Positions 1 through 9,459 of a stretch of DNA of 64,000 nt are shown here, piece after piece. The first letter of the stretch is position 1; each line of letters begins with the position of its first letter. The notes below the pieces were generated by a model. It did no database searches. It saw nothing but the letters and a program-made list of their open reading frames with translations, and was not told where the DNA came from. The stretch comes from a virus (Duplodnaviria; Caudoviricetes): the IMG/VR virus record IMGVR_UViG_2576861548_000003, positions 45,909 to 109,908 of that record; one strand, written 5' to 3'. Made by a program: the position numbers and the translations under genes.

Positions 1-44
1 GAATTTATCAAAGTGGTAACCGATTATTTGAATAACATGTAGTT

Positions 45-458
45 ATGGCTGTTTCGCAAATTATAAAAGATATTCGTTGCCTAAAGAAACTGATAAAAAA
101 TGCTACTGGATTGAAAGTCTATGAGCAAGAAGCTATTTATCATCATGATTCCTATTGGAGCATTTCTAATGAATATAAAGACAAAAACAGTCCTCATATC
201 ACAGTTACTAGAGGTAGCTATTGGACCTTGGATGATGGGGCAGAATACAAAATATCTATTTATGCTTCCTCTTTATCGATTGGCATACGTAGAAATTTCA
301 ACGCTCCATTATTTCAATCTTATATTGACAGAATAGTTCAGGCATTAGATAGCTGTTTTGGAGAAAAGCAGTGGAATTACTGTAATGAAGAATGCATTAC
401 TTGGCGTCCAATGTCTCGATTTAGTTTTTATGTGCAGATTCCAAATTTTAAAGATTGA
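45..458 (+). CDS. Hypothetical phage protein
   Basis: 137-aa ORF, co-oriented with neighbours, no recognised motif. Confidence 0.55.
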   Translation: MAVSQIIKDIRCLKKLIKNATGLKVYEQEAIYHHDSYWSISNEYKDKNSPHITVTRGSYWTLDDGAEYKISIYASSLSIGIRRNFNAPLFQSYIDRIVQALDSCFGEKQWNYCNEECITWRPMSRFSFYVQIPNFKD

Positions 459-463
459 GACTT

Positions 464-616
464 ATGAAACCGAATGAATTAGAAGAATGGCATAAGCTAT
501 CAAAGAGCCTTCTTGCATTTACTAATGATTGCAGTGAGGACATAAAGCCTTATATTCTTGGACAGCTGGAAGCTTTATGCGAGATACTGTCTGGACAAAT
601 TGATTTTGAGAAATAA
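464..616 (+). CDS. Small hypothetical protein (50 aa, MKPNELEEWHK...)
   Basis: Read by hand; ATG 5 nt after previous stop. Confidence 0.4.
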   Translation: MKPNELEEWHKLSKSLLAFTNDCSEDIKPYILGQLEALCEILSGQIDFEK

Positions 617-737
617 AACTTGTGTCGATTGGTTCAACTCCTATTATCGGCAAATCGTTCTTTGACATTTTGTTTTCAGCTTTTAATCTGCCTTATTACT
701 GCATTGGAATAAATAAAGCCAGATATAATGTCTGGCT

Positions 738-1157
738 TTATTTATCAATTAGTCCGAACCTTTTTAATTCGGCTTTATTGATTCGAGAGTTACTCTTTAT
801 CTTATCACAAACAAGGCTAATATCTTCCTCATCCAATGTGCCTAAACTAGTACTTTTAAGAAGTTTGTTCTTCTTTACTATTTTAATTGAAGAGCAATCT
901 ATGTAGCTATCATATGAAAGGAAATCATAACTTTCCCCTTTTATAAGATGTTGCATTGCTCGTACATTAAGTGGCAGATTCATATTAATAAAGGAGTTAA
1001 AGATGACACCACCATAAACGTTTCCATCGTTATCAAAGCCAAGTACTACAAAAAATTTATCACGACTGGTATCTCCGGGTTTGGGTACTACTCCATTGGC
1101 TTTGTTCATCGTAACAAAAAATACATCCCCTATCTTAATTTCCGAAGGTTTCATCAA
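738..1157 (-). CDS. Putative PemK/MazF-like toxin
   Basis: N-terminal IKIGDVF...SRDKFFVVLG and C-terminal DSYIDCSSI...LGTLDEED pattern resembling PemK-fold RNases; overlaps upstream Panacea gene. Confidence 0.55.
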   Translation of the reverse strand: MMKPSEIKIGDVFFVTMNKANGVVPKPGDTSRDKFFVVLGFDNDGNVYGGVIFNSFINMNLPLNVRAMQHLIKGESYDFLSYDSYIDCSSIKIVKKNKLLKSTSLGTLDEEDISLVCDKIKSNSRINKAELKRFGLIDK

Positions 1158-1683
1158 ATGCTATTGAATCATTAATATATTTTACAAGTTCATCATTAGC
1201 TCCTCCATCAAGGGCAATATCCCCCGGATCAATAACATGATTCCCCTTTTTGTCTCTCGCTTTTTGCCAACAAGTTGTATGAGAAGTTTTTTCCAACTCC
1301 TTAAAACTCATTTTCCCGTATTTGGAAATACATAAATCTAAAGTGTCTTTATCATATTGTGAAAGATAATCCATATTCGGTTCACGTTTAGATAATAGAT
1401 AGTAATCTACAACATGAACATCATCTGTCATTTTTGAAAGAACGCTTTTTTGCCCCCGTATTGTACTATACAAAATTGTTGGTACTGGTCCATGGGGAAG
1501 AGCACAAAACTTATCTGCTATCATCAGTTGTCCCCAGTCAACCAAGCTGCGTTGATTGGCAAAATATAATATCTTGAACAAATGATAATAGTCCATACCC
1601 CCAGTTTTATTAAGGATATAAAGTACTATTTCTATGATTTTTTGTTGTTCAAATTTTGTCATTTTTTTAGGGTTCTTGGTCAC
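1135..1683 (-). CDS. Panacea (DUF4065/SocA-like) antitoxin
   Basis: LFKILYFA and ALPHGPVP motifs typical of DUF4065; directly upstream of toxin-like ORF. Confidence 0.8.
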   Translation of the reverse strand: MTKNPKKMTKFEQQKIIEIVLYILNKTGGMDYYHLFKILYFANQRSLVDWGQLMIADKFCALPHGPVPTILYSTIRGQKSVLSKMTDDVHVVDYYLLSKREPNMDYLSQYDKDTLDLCISKYGKMSFKELEKTSHTTCWQKARDKKGNHVIDPGDIALDGGANDELVKYINDSIAFDETFGN

Positions 1684-1857
1684 TAATTATATAACTGCAT
1701 ATTCAAATATATGCATTTTAATGCAAAGAAACAAACAATAATTCAATAAGCAAACGATTAACGGCTTAATTAACACGTTAATTAACATGTTTATAGCTAA
1801 AATATCGGTTTATTAGGGAGCTATATAAATAAAGAGATGCATTTCATCCCTTATTTG

Positions 1858-2124
1858 TTAGCCTTTCTCGATTGTTGTTTTGACTACTATCGGTTGTCCG
1901 CAGTGGGGGCAGATGTCAGACTTGGTTTGTTGGGCGACTTCTTCCGGGGACGCGAATAGCTGCCACATGGGGACGTTGAGGGCGGTGGCGATTTTTTCAA
2001 GTGTAGCAGTTGTCAATGATTCAGCAGCAACCATTTGTCTAACAGCAGATAGGCTTACATTCATTTTATCTGCCAATTCTTGTTGTGTGTAATGTTTCTC
2101 TTTTAAAAGTTCCTTTATTCTCAT
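1858..2124 (-). CDS. XRE-family HTH repressor with C-terminal CxxC zinc knuckle
   Basis: MRIKELLKEK..TQQELADKMNVS..TLEKIATALNV..LF; CPHCG; divergent from the following operon. Confidence 0.9.
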   Translation of the reverse strand: MRIKELLKEKHYTQQELADKMNVSLSAVRQMVAAESLTTATLEKIATALNVPMWQLFASPEEVAQQTKSDICPHCGQPIVVKTTIEKG

Positions 2125-2139
2125 AATTATCTTTTTGAT

Positions 2140-2256
2140 TTCAAAAATACAGATTATTTATGAAGAATACAGTATATACTATATTAATTTATGCAAAAGA
2201 AATAGTATATTATAGTTGTTTTGTTTGGCGATATACAGTAAATACTGTATCTTTGC
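2140..2256. promoter_or_regulatory. Divergent promoter/operator region
   Basis: Palindrome ATACAGTA-AA-TACTGTAT (2233-2250) overlapping rightward -7 element TATCTTTG (2248-2255); second copy ATACAGTA-TA-TACTATAT (2167-2184); leftward TATTTTTG near 2142-2149. Confidence 0.7.
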
Positions 2257-2295
2257 ATCAAATAAAAGAACTAATAACAATTAACTCCTAAATAT

Positions 2296-2607
2296 ATGAA
2301 ACGCTACAATTTATCAGAGATAATGAAAAACGCTCACAGATCGTATAAGTATTCAGGCAAGCAGCAAGGTAAGACTTTCGGTGAGGTGCTTAAAGCAACT
2401 TGGAAGCTTGCAAAACTTCAAGCTATCTTCACGCAGGAAGCAGTAAAAGCACGAACTGATAAATTTTTGACAGAAAGTAACGAAGCTATAAGAAGAGCGG
2501 CTAAGTCTACTCCTAGCAAAGCATACAATGATTTATCAATTCCTTCGTCGGCATATTACAATCCGAATAGCACCGGTAGATATGGGGCCCATTATGTAGG
2601 AGATTAA
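2296..2607 (+). CDS. Hypothetical phage early protein
   Basis: 103 aa; first gene after the rightward promoter. Confidence 0.7.
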   Translation: MKRYNLSEIMKNAHRSYKYSGKQQGKTFGEVLKATWKLAKLQAIFTQEAVKARTDKFLTESNEAIRRAAKSTPSKAYNDLSIPSSAYYNPNSTGRYGAHYVGD

Positions 2608-2630
2608 CTAACACTTTAAAATATAAAACA

Positions 2631-2783
2631 ATGAAATACGAAGTTTCTAAGAAAGGTTCAAGCGTAACATTTAAGTTCGAAACATACGAACAGGCGGCTG
2701 ATTTCTGCTATATGTATGTCATGTCAATGCACGTGAAAGGTGATAGATTCCCTGAACTTTCAATTAGAGAGATAAGCGAGTAA
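2631..2783 (+). CDS. Small hypothetical protein (50 aa)
   Basis: Read by hand, A-rich leader, MKYEVSKKG... Confidence 0.5.
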   Translation: MKYEVSKKGSSVTFKFETYEQAADFCYMYVMSMHVKGDRFPELSIREISE

Positions 2784-2806
2784 TCAGAACATTAAAATTT
2801 AGAGCA

Positions 2807-3211
2807 ATGGACAATATTTTGAACTCAACAGTTGAAATGAGCCAAGCAGAACTTATTCTTCAGTTGGCCAAGACGAATGTGGAACAAGAGAAAAGGCTTA
2901 AAACTACAGAGCTAAGATTAAGCGCACTCGAAGAGGAAATAAAAAAGTTGTCTTCAAAGTGCATTGGTAACTATGGGTGCTCCACCATGTCATCATATAT
3001 CCAGAGGTACAAATTACCGATTTATGTGAGTGACATTTCGAAGCTTAGTAATGATGCTGCACGATTATGCAGAAAAAGGGGGTATCCGGTCAATAAGGTA
3101 AATATTGAACGTTTCGGTGCAATCAATGTTTATCCGGACTTCATTCTTCATGAACTACTGGATGACTATATAAGGACCACACAGCGTCTTAATGGAAGTA
3201 TAATAAGATAA
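2807..3211 (+). CDS. Antirepressor-like protein (coiled coil plus C-terminal DNA-binding-like domain)
   Basis: SQAELILQLAKTNVEQEKRL and ERFGAINVYP segments resemble phage antirepressor C-termini. Confidence 0.5.
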   Translation: MDNILNSTVEMSQAELILQLAKTNVEQEKRLKTTELRLSALEEEIKKLSSKCIGNYGCSTMSSYIQRYKLPIYVSDISKLSNDAARLCRKRGYPVNKVNIERFGAINVYPDFILHELLDDYIRTTQRLNGSIIR

Positions 3212-3230
3212 TAATACAAACTATAAAGCA

Positions 3231-3431
3231 ATGATTAAGGTAGAAATAAGCCAATACTTAGCAATGTTAAAGTCATTCACTGAATGCGCTCAATACAGAG
3301 CGGAGTGTTACCGGTTAAAAGCTGAAAACGAAAAGCTAAGATCTGAACTGTCGGATAGTTTAAAAGATTCTCGGTCTCCCCGTAACAAAATCGAATACTT
3401 CGATTACGGTAGCCGGATAGGAACTAACTAA
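3231..3431 (+). CDS. Hypothetical protein
   Basis: 66 aa, AAAGCAATG start context. Confidence 0.55.
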   Translation: MIKVEISQYLAMLKSFTECAQYRAECYRLKAENEKLRSELSDSLKDSRSPRNKIEYFDYGSRIGTN

Positions 3432-3649
3432 ATATGAAAGTTGTGTTGGGGCTTCGGTCTGACACTTTAAGTTGATGCCAATCGACACAGTGACAATCTG
3501 AAAAATGGTTGTCACTGTTTTACCGATTTTAGTGGTTCTAAGTGAATCATGTAATTTGAAATAATAACTATTATCCTTAATTATCAATATGATATGAAGG
3601 TAAAATAGTACATAAAACAATTTTATTAACAACATAAATAATTAGTATT

Positions 3650-3844
3650 ATGAAACAAGAATCAAGCGCAATCAATCCGTATAACGGAATGTTTGGACAG
3701 CAAGGATGGATTTGTCCGAAGTGTGGAAGGGTATATTCACCTTTTACCCAAATGTGTTTGTATTGCAAACCCAATAATACAAATACAATTTCTAATACAA
3801 CCGTCAGTGAAGAAAAATTAAGAGAAAACCGTAAAACAGAGTAA
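3650..3844 (+). CDS. Zinc-ribbon protein
   Basis: GWICPKCG...CLYC. Confidence 0.7.
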   Translation: MKQESSAINPYNGMFGQQGWICPKCGRVYSPFTQMCLYCKPNNTNTISNTTVSEEKLRENRKTE

Positions 3845-3845
3845 T

Positions 3846-4208
3846 ATGAAACAGACATTAGAAGAAGCCGAGAAAGAATATTGCGAAAAGAATTATCCGT
3901 ATTCAGATTTGAATATAAGGTTGCTGGTGGAAAATGCGTTTGAAGCTGGTGCTGAATGGCAATCAAATCAATCACCTTGGATAAGTGTGAAAGAGAAGGC
4001 TGGTTGCGATTCATCGAATGATTGTATTGTAATGGATAGTGATGGTGAGGTATTTAGAGCATGTTTCATCAGAAACAAGTGGCTGAAATATAATCGCGGG
4101 TATTATGTGATAGACAATGTGACTCACTGGATGCCTATCCCTTCATTCGATGAAATACTGGAAGCTAATAGGGATGTATTAGAACGGATTAAAGAGAAAG
4201 GAGATTAA
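3846..4208 (+). CDS. DUF551-family phage protein (copy 1)
   Basis: PWISVKE...VTHWMPIP signature. Confidence 0.75.
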   Translation: MKQTLEEAEKEYCEKNYPYSDLNIRLLVENAFEAGAEWQSNQSPWISVKEKAGCDSSNDCIVMDSDGEVFRACFIRNKWLKYNRGYYVIDNVTHWMPIPSFDEILEANRDVLERIKEKGD

Positions 4209-4210
4209 AT

Positions 4211-4579
4211 ATGAAAGCAAGAGTAAAATCAACAGGGGTTCTAATAGATGTAATTCCGAAAATAAATACCAATGCGTTACATAGTGGAGATAACCTATAT
4301 GTATGTGATAATATGGTATTCAGAGAGTGTGAACTTGACTTTTTAAATATTGGAAATTCAGCTATTGATTGGGAACAGAGGCGCTACGAATTGGCGAAAG
4401 CTGCTATGCAAGGGATTTTAAGTGACAATACAGAAGTTGGTTACGCTTGTTCGGAAGCAGATTACAAGAAAGGAGAGAAACATACAATACCTATAAGCAT
4501 TGCTCGGTTTGCAATTGCTTGTGCTGATGCTTTAATTAATGAATTAATGAATAAAAATGATAGAAGTATTAAGGAATAA
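4211..4579 (+). CDS. Hypothetical phage protein
   Basis: IDWEQRRYELAKAAMQG...ADALI motif common in phage accessory proteins. Confidence 0.7.
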   Translation: MKARVKSTGVLIDVIPKINTNALHSGDNLYVCDNMVFRECELDFLNIGNSAIDWEQRRYELAKAAMQGILSDNTEVGYACSEADYKKGEKHTIPISIARFAIACADALINELMNKNDRSIKE

Positions 4580-4907
4580 AACTCCTGTCGCTCGTAAAGA
4601 GCATAGATGTGAATTTTGTGGTGAGGTGATACACGTTGGAGAAAAGTATAACAGGCAGTCCAATGTTTATGATGGTCGTATTTATGATTGGGTAAGTCAT
4701 TGTGTATGCTCCAAGTTAGCCTATGAACTTGACATGTTTGATGATTGTGATGAAGGTCTTGACGGTGATGGGTTTGTTGACAGATTGAATCAGTATGTTT
4801 ATGACAATCATTATGATGATAAAATAGATGATATTGCGAAAGATTGGCAATTACCACGCTACGAACTTGTAAAGAAAGTATTAGATGAATTAAAAAAGGA
4901 GGAATAA
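4557..4907 (+). CDS. Zinc-binding hypothetical phage protein
   Basis: ARKEHRCEFC...HCVC. Confidence 0.7.
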   Translation: MIEVLRNKTPVARKEHRCEFCGEVIHVGEKYNRQSNVYDGRIYDWVSHCVCSKLAYELDMFDDCDEGLDGDGFVDRLNQYVYDNHYDDKIDDIAKDWQLPRYELVKKVLDELKKEE

Positions 4908-4909
4908 CC

Positions 4910-5284
4910 ATGACCGAAGAACTTGTAACGCTTGAAATAGCAAAGCTTCTAAAAGAAAAAGGTTTTAATGAATACTGCGAGAATGTTATTGATGATAACG
5001 GTGTATTGCGCAAAACTTTATACCGAACAAATAACTATTTGCCTAAAGTGTGTTATTCTCGACCTACCCAAACTATTGTGGCTAAATGGTTAAGAGAGAC
5101 AAAGAATGTTCATATATGTATTTATAATAATGCTTGCGGCTATGGATATGAAATATCTAAAGCAGATAATGGCACACACATATCTAATGACTTAAAAGAT
5201 GGTCCTAACAATGGAGGAGTTTGGGATACATATGAAGAAGCATTGGAAGCAGGTATTAAAGAGGCACTAAGTCTTTTGTCTTAA
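4910..5284 (+). CDS. Hypothetical phage protein
   Basis: 124 aa, coupled to previous gene. Confidence 0.7.
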   Translation: MTEELVTLEIAKLLKEKGFNEYCENVIDDNGVLRKTLYRTNNYLPKVCYSRPTQTIVAKWLRETKNVHICIYNNACGYGYEISKADNGTHISNDLKDGPNNGGVWDTYEEALEAGIKEALSLLS

Positions 5285-5383
5285 TTATTATTACGTGCTT
5301 TATTTTGATGAAGAGCTTAAAAAGTTATTTGAAAAATATCTAATTTAATTTAAATCATATATGATAAGAAAGGAGGACTAACT

Positions 5384-5776
5384 ATGGGATTTACAACACC
5401 CTGTTTTATACGAAAGAATAATTCGGAGCTTAGGAATAAATTAAAAGAGCTTGGTTATTATTGCAATCCGTATTTAGGTTGGAATAATCTATACACTTCC
5501 ACATACGGACTTGCTTCTGTTTATTCAATGAGCGATGATATAAATGTTATCTCTAAAGAAATGGATATTATTGATTGCGGAACCAATGAGGAACTTTTCC
5601 TGGCTATAGTAGCATTGAGGGACGATACAGACAAGAACCAGTGGTTTACGGATGGTTACTTATGGTTTAAATGTGGTGATGAAATGTGTGATGAAACTAT
5701 TGAATACTATCTTAATAAATACGGTAGAAAATTTCACAAGGCTACGGTAGAAGAACTTATTAATCATTTCAAATAA
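5384..5776 (+). CDS. Hypothetical phage protein
   Basis: 130 aa, GGAGGA upstream. Confidence 0.7.
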   Translation: MGFTTPCFIRKNNSELRNKLKELGYYCNPYLGWNNLYTSTYGLASVYSMSDDINVISKEMDIIDCGTNEELFLAIVALRDDTDKNQWFTDGYLWFKCGDEMCDETIEYYLNKYGRKFHKATVEELINHFK

Positions 5777-5790
5777 AAGGAAGAAAATTT

Positions 5791-6543
5791 ATGCCGATAA
5801 GCGAAGTATGCAATATAGACCGAATGGATTTCTTAAAGAAATTCCCAGATAACTTCTTTGACTTGTTCATAGATGATCCACCATACGGAATTGGAGCGGA
5901 TAATCCTTCGATCAAGCCCAATACTGTAAAACAAAGTAATGGTAATATACTGTATGTTAAACAATCCGTTTATCCGAAATCAGACTGGGATTCACGAGTT
6001 CCCCCTCCAGAATATTTCGATGAAGTAAAAAGGGTTAGCCGAAATCAGATAATATGGGGAGTAAACTACTTTAATTACGACTTTACTGGTGGACGCATTG
6101 TTTGGGATAAGCTAAATGGTGATACTGACCAATACGATTGTGAAATAGCTTACTGCAGTATGAATGACAGAACCGACCTTATATATTGCATGTGGCGGGG
6201 AATGATTCAGGGAACCTATTGTGGAAAGGATTTATCTAAGGCAATTATCCAGCAAGGAAACAAAAAATTGAATGAAAAGCGGATTCATCCCTGCCAAAAG
6301 CCTGTGATTCTATATGGGTGGTTACTCAATCAATATGCCAACCCCGGTTATAAGATCGGTGATGCTCACATGGGTAGTCAAAGTAGCCGGATTGCAGCTT
6401 ACAAGCTAGGATTCGACTATTGGGGATGTGAAAAAGATAAGTTTCATTTCAAAGAAGGTAATTCTCGTTTCCGCTATGAATGCCACGGAGAAATAAAAAC
6501 AAATAAAGGGATTTTAGTGCAAACAAATCTATTTGACTTATAA
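5791..6543 (+). CDS. DNA N6-adenine/N4-cytosine methyltransferase (beta class)
   Basis: DPPY motif IV near the N-terminus, HPCQKP and DAHMGS motif I near the C-terminus. Confidence 0.9.
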   Translation: MPISEVCNIDRMDFLKKFPDNFFDLFIDDPPYGIGADNPSIKPNTVKQSNGNILYVKQSVYPKSDWDSRVPPPEYFDEVKRVSRNQIIWGVNYFNYDFTGGRIVWDKLNGDTDQYDCEIAYCSMNDRTDLIYCMWRGMIQGTYCGKDLSKAIIQQGNKKLNEKRIHPCQKPVILYGWLLNQYANPGYKIGDAHMGSQSSRIAAYKLGFDYWGCEKDKFHFKEGNSRFRYECHGEIKTNKGILVQTNLFDL

Positions 6544-6556
6544 TATTAATATAACA

Positions 6557-7105
6557 ATGAAGAAAATTGAATTTTACCCAGGAATCAATCTTGATAAAGC
6601 ATATCAAGAATTGCAGGAGAATGCACCATGTTATGGTGAATTTAACGAGAAAACGTTGTATTCTACCGATTCTCTCAATGACGTGTATGTCAAAGTGACC
6701 GGCAAGTCAAAAGTGGAGCATGATGAATATATTCGCAAAATACGCGAAGAGTACGAACGTAAAGAGGCGGAATTTAAGGCTAAGATCCCGAAATTAACCG
6801 CAGATTACAGAAAACGTGCAAGGGGAATTATTCCGGAAGAACATTTAAAATACTGGGATAAAATAGTTCCTATCAGACTGAATGACTTATATCATGGTAT
6901 GGAACTTGACTGCTGGTTGACGTTTATTGAGATTTTGAATGATACATCAAAGGAAGTGTTGGAAAGATTTGAAAGATGTCGGTTTATCTTCTGTGAACAA
7001 GGTCACAGTGGCATGAGTTCAGGACTTGTCTTTATGGGGTTGAAGCGTTTTCATCCATTAGGGGAAGCGTTAGTATCATATATTAAAGATTCAATAAAAG
7101 CATAG
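6557..7105 (+). CDS. Hypothetical phage protein
   Basis: Long ORF; ATG 6557 preferred over 6533. Confidence 0.7.
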   Translation: MKKIEFYPGINLDKAYQELQENAPCYGEFNEKTLYSTDSLNDVYVKVTGKSKVEHDEYIRKIREEYERKEAEFKAKIPKLTADYRKRARGIIPEEHLKYWDKIVPIRLNDLYHGMELDCWLTFIEILNDTSKEVLERFERCRFIFCEQGHSGMSSGLVFMGLKRFHPLGEALVSYIKDSIKA

Positions 7106-7112
7106 TATTTGT

Positions 7113-7556
7113 ATGGAAATAAACTGTAAATACTGCCCTAAAAACGATGGTGCAGGGACGTGCAAAATAGATGACTGTCCTCTTCTTCCTATTATACAGG
7201 AAATAGAAAAAATGCAGTCATTCCTTGAAACAACCGCTAGTGATAACCCAAAAGAACTGATAGAACGTCTTACTGACATAAATGTCTACTTGGCCCGTTC
7301 AGGAAAACTCTTAGCTGATGCAAAAGCATATCAGGATCAAGTGACTGCAAATATATATTCGCAGCACATGGAGTTTATATCGCGGGTTCCGGCTACTGTT
7401 GCAATAAAGTTTGTTGCAGCCCAAAGTGTGACTGCTAATCAGTTGGTTGTATGGCTAGATCGCATAAATCGAACACTTGTTCATGCTGGAGATAATATAC
7501 GTACGCAGATATCCTTTGCAAAGCAGGACATGGCATTGCAAAGAAAGGGATATTGA
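7113..7556 (+). CDS. Hypothetical phage protein (Cys-rich N-terminus, helical)
   Basis: 147-aa ORF. Confidence 0.7.
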   Translation: MEINCKYCPKNDGAGTCKIDDCPLLPIIQEIEKMQSFLETTASDNPKELIERLTDINVYLARSGKLLADAKAYQDQVTANIYSQHMEFISRVPATVAIKFVAAQSVTANQLVVWLDRINRTLVHAGDNIRTQISFAKQDMALQRKGY

Positions 7557-7588
7557 AAAAACGTTAATCACGGAAAAATAACTGATTT

Positions 7589-7626
7589 AAAGTGATTGTT
7601 TTTACGTCACTTTTGTTTAGCTTTAC
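7589..7626 (+). promoter_or_regulatory. Phage operator-promoter unit AAAGTGR-N~9-GTCACTTTT + -7 box (copy upstream of rep)
   Basis: Same motif at 19147, 28404, 33819, 42959 and 47557. Confidence 0.65.
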
Positions 7627-7816
7627 ACCGTGAAAATAATGAATCATCTTAGTGGTGTTTGATGACAAAAGGATATTAAATAGGCTTTCTTGGAGTATAT
7701 ACCCTAAACACCACATCAAGGGTATAGAAACTCGAAAGCCTTCGCTTTTTATAGATGAATACAATAGGCATACATGGCAAATCCATTGGTTAATTTCTAA
7801 AATACTAGATTTAATT

Positions 7817-8800
7817 ATGTCGAGACCTAATAAGACAGGTTTGAGTTATTTCCCAATGGATGTTGATTTATTCCAAGACATACGAATAAGGAAACTAATC
7901 AAGTATCAGAGTGGCAAGGCTATAACAGTATATGCTCTCCTGCTATGTCTTATCTACCAGCGTGGGTACTACATGAGGTGGGATGAAGAGTTGCCCTTCA
8001 TTATATCGGAACAAACCGGGTTTGAAGAGGCGTATATACTGGAGGTCATCAGAAGCTGCATGACACTAGGGTTATTCTCCAAGAAACTGTATGATGACGA
8101 ACAAATCATTACGTCAAAAGGGATTCAAGAGCGATACCTGTATATATGTAAACTGCTCAAAAGAAGAGTGAGCATTACTGAATATTTGCTTATTGATGAA
8201 GAAAAGGAGCTTGTTACTTCTCAAGAAACCGGGGTTATTTCCGGAAAAACCCCGGTTATTTCCGAAGAAACTGCTTTAAATTCGGTGAAAATGCAACAAA
8301 AGAAAAGAAAGGAAAAGGAAATAAAAGAAATCTCTCTATTGAGAGATAAAGAAAAGTTTCCCCCTCCCGAGGTTGTAGACAAAACATTAAGCGAATGCTA
8401 TGATGAACTATCATGTGACAGAAGTTGGATTGAAATCGTAACGATGAATACACGTAATTCCGGTCATAAGGATTTTACGATAGACATGTTCGGAATGTAT
8501 TTAAAACGTTTTTTCGAGAAGCTCCAAAACGAGGGAGAGGTAAGAAAGTCTCCCAAGGATGCAAAATCGCATTTCTCCCGTTGGTTGAATATTGAACTGA
8601 AAAAGAAAGGCAATTATGAACCAAAACCAATTACCAACAACATCTACGAGCAGAAGCGAATTGATTCTGAGCGGAGAAAATCTAAACTCATGGCTGAGTT
8701 CGCAGAAGCGGACGCAAAATTCCTTGCAGAACAAGAAGCTAAACGAAAAGCAGTTGGCTTTATTGGAGAAATATCCGACACCTTCCCGGATGGCGGTTGA
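7817..8800 (+). CDS. Phage replication initiator (DUF4373/Lin1244-like N-terminal domain)
   Basis: MSRPNKTGLSYFPMDVD...ITSKGIQERY N-terminus, internal iterons, basic KKRKEKE linker; start 7817 preferred over 7652. Confidence 0.85.
   Translation: MSRPNKTGLSYFPMDVDLFQDIRIRKLIKYQSGKAITVYALLLCLIYQRGYYMRWDEELPFIISEQTGFEEAYILEVIRSCMTLGLFSKKLYDDEQIITSKGIQERYLYICKLLKRRVSITEYLLIDEEKELVTSQETGVISGKTPVISEETALNSVKMQQKKRKEKEIKEISLLRDKEKFPPPEVVDKTLSECYDELSCDRSWIEIVTMNTRNSGHKDFTIDMFGMYLKRFFEKLQNEGEVRKSPKDAKSHFSRWLNIELKKKGNYEPKPITNNIYEQKRIDSERRKSKLMAEFAEADAKFLAEQEAKRKAVGFIGEISDTFPDGG
8213..8296 (+). repeat. Four 21-bp iterons inside the rep gene (probable origin)
   Basis: gttacttctcaagaaaccggg / gttatttccggaaaaaccccg / gttatttccgaagaaactgct / ttaaattcggtgaaaatgcaa followed by an A-rich tract, as in lambda O. 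Confidence 0.75.
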
Positions 8801-9356
8801 TTACAATCCTGACCTGCAAGGGAAACTTGCGAAGTCGAATCTTACACTTGCGGATATTGCAATGAATGACAACATACCTTCGTTGTCCATCATCCGCTCC
8901 GTGTACGGTGAAGACAATGCACTTAGGTGGATGAAAGTGCAGTTTGACAGCCTAAACGATTATGCGGAGCAAGGGAAGGGTATAGCAGACTCACAACTGG
9001 ATGAACTTTGTATCCTTGTCCTGGGTGAGTATTATTGGATGAATTTAGCTGAAATATGCAACTTCATATCCAGGCTCAAGTTGGGAAAATATGGGCCGTT
9101 TTATGGAGCCATTGGTCCAATGAAGATTACTTGTTCGCTCCTGGAGTATATCAAAGAGCGACGTATTGACATCGAACGTTATGAACGTGAGCAATACCGC
9201 ATTCAGCGACAAAAAGAGATAGAGGAGCGTGGTAATAATAGCATATCATACGCAGAATATCTTGAGCAAGAAAAGAAGCTTGTCGAAAAGGGTGATAAGG
9301 ATGCTATTGAAAGAGCTTCGAAGCGTATCGGAAGCACTTGTTTGTCAACAGGTTAA
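8616..9356 (+). CDS. Replication-associated protein (putative helicase-loader partner, DUF6633-like)
   Basis: 246 aa directly after and overlapping rep; LKLGKYGPFYGAIGP motif. Confidence 0.55.
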   Translation: MNQNQLPTTSTSRSELILSGENLNSWLSSQKRTQNSLQNKKLNEKQLALLEKYPTPSRMAVDYNPDLQGKLAKSNLTLADIAMNDNIPSLSIIRSVYGEDNALRWMKVQFDSLNDYAEQGKGIADSQLDELCILVLGEYYWMNLAEICNFISRLKLGKYGPFYGAIGPMKITCSLLEYIKERRIDIERYEREQYRIQRQKEIEERGNNSISYAEYLEQEKKLVEKGDKDAIERASKRIGSTCLSTG

Positions 9357-9459
9357 TTAAAGATAAAGCCTTGTGAATAAAACGAGTAATGTTTGTTTAC
9401 AAGTGGAAAAATAAGTAACTTTATACCTGTAAATCAGAAATATATAAAATATAAGAGCA

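Noticed and set aside
605-652. tRNA 3'-half/att remnant (GTGTCGATTGGTTCAACTCCTATTATCGGCA)
   Set aside because: T-stem is mismatched, there is no matching 5' half or second copy, and phage genes continue on both sides
7652-7816. N-terminal extension of rep from GTG 7652
   Set aside because: The family-typical start is MSRPNK at 7817 and the upstream part looks like a structured leader
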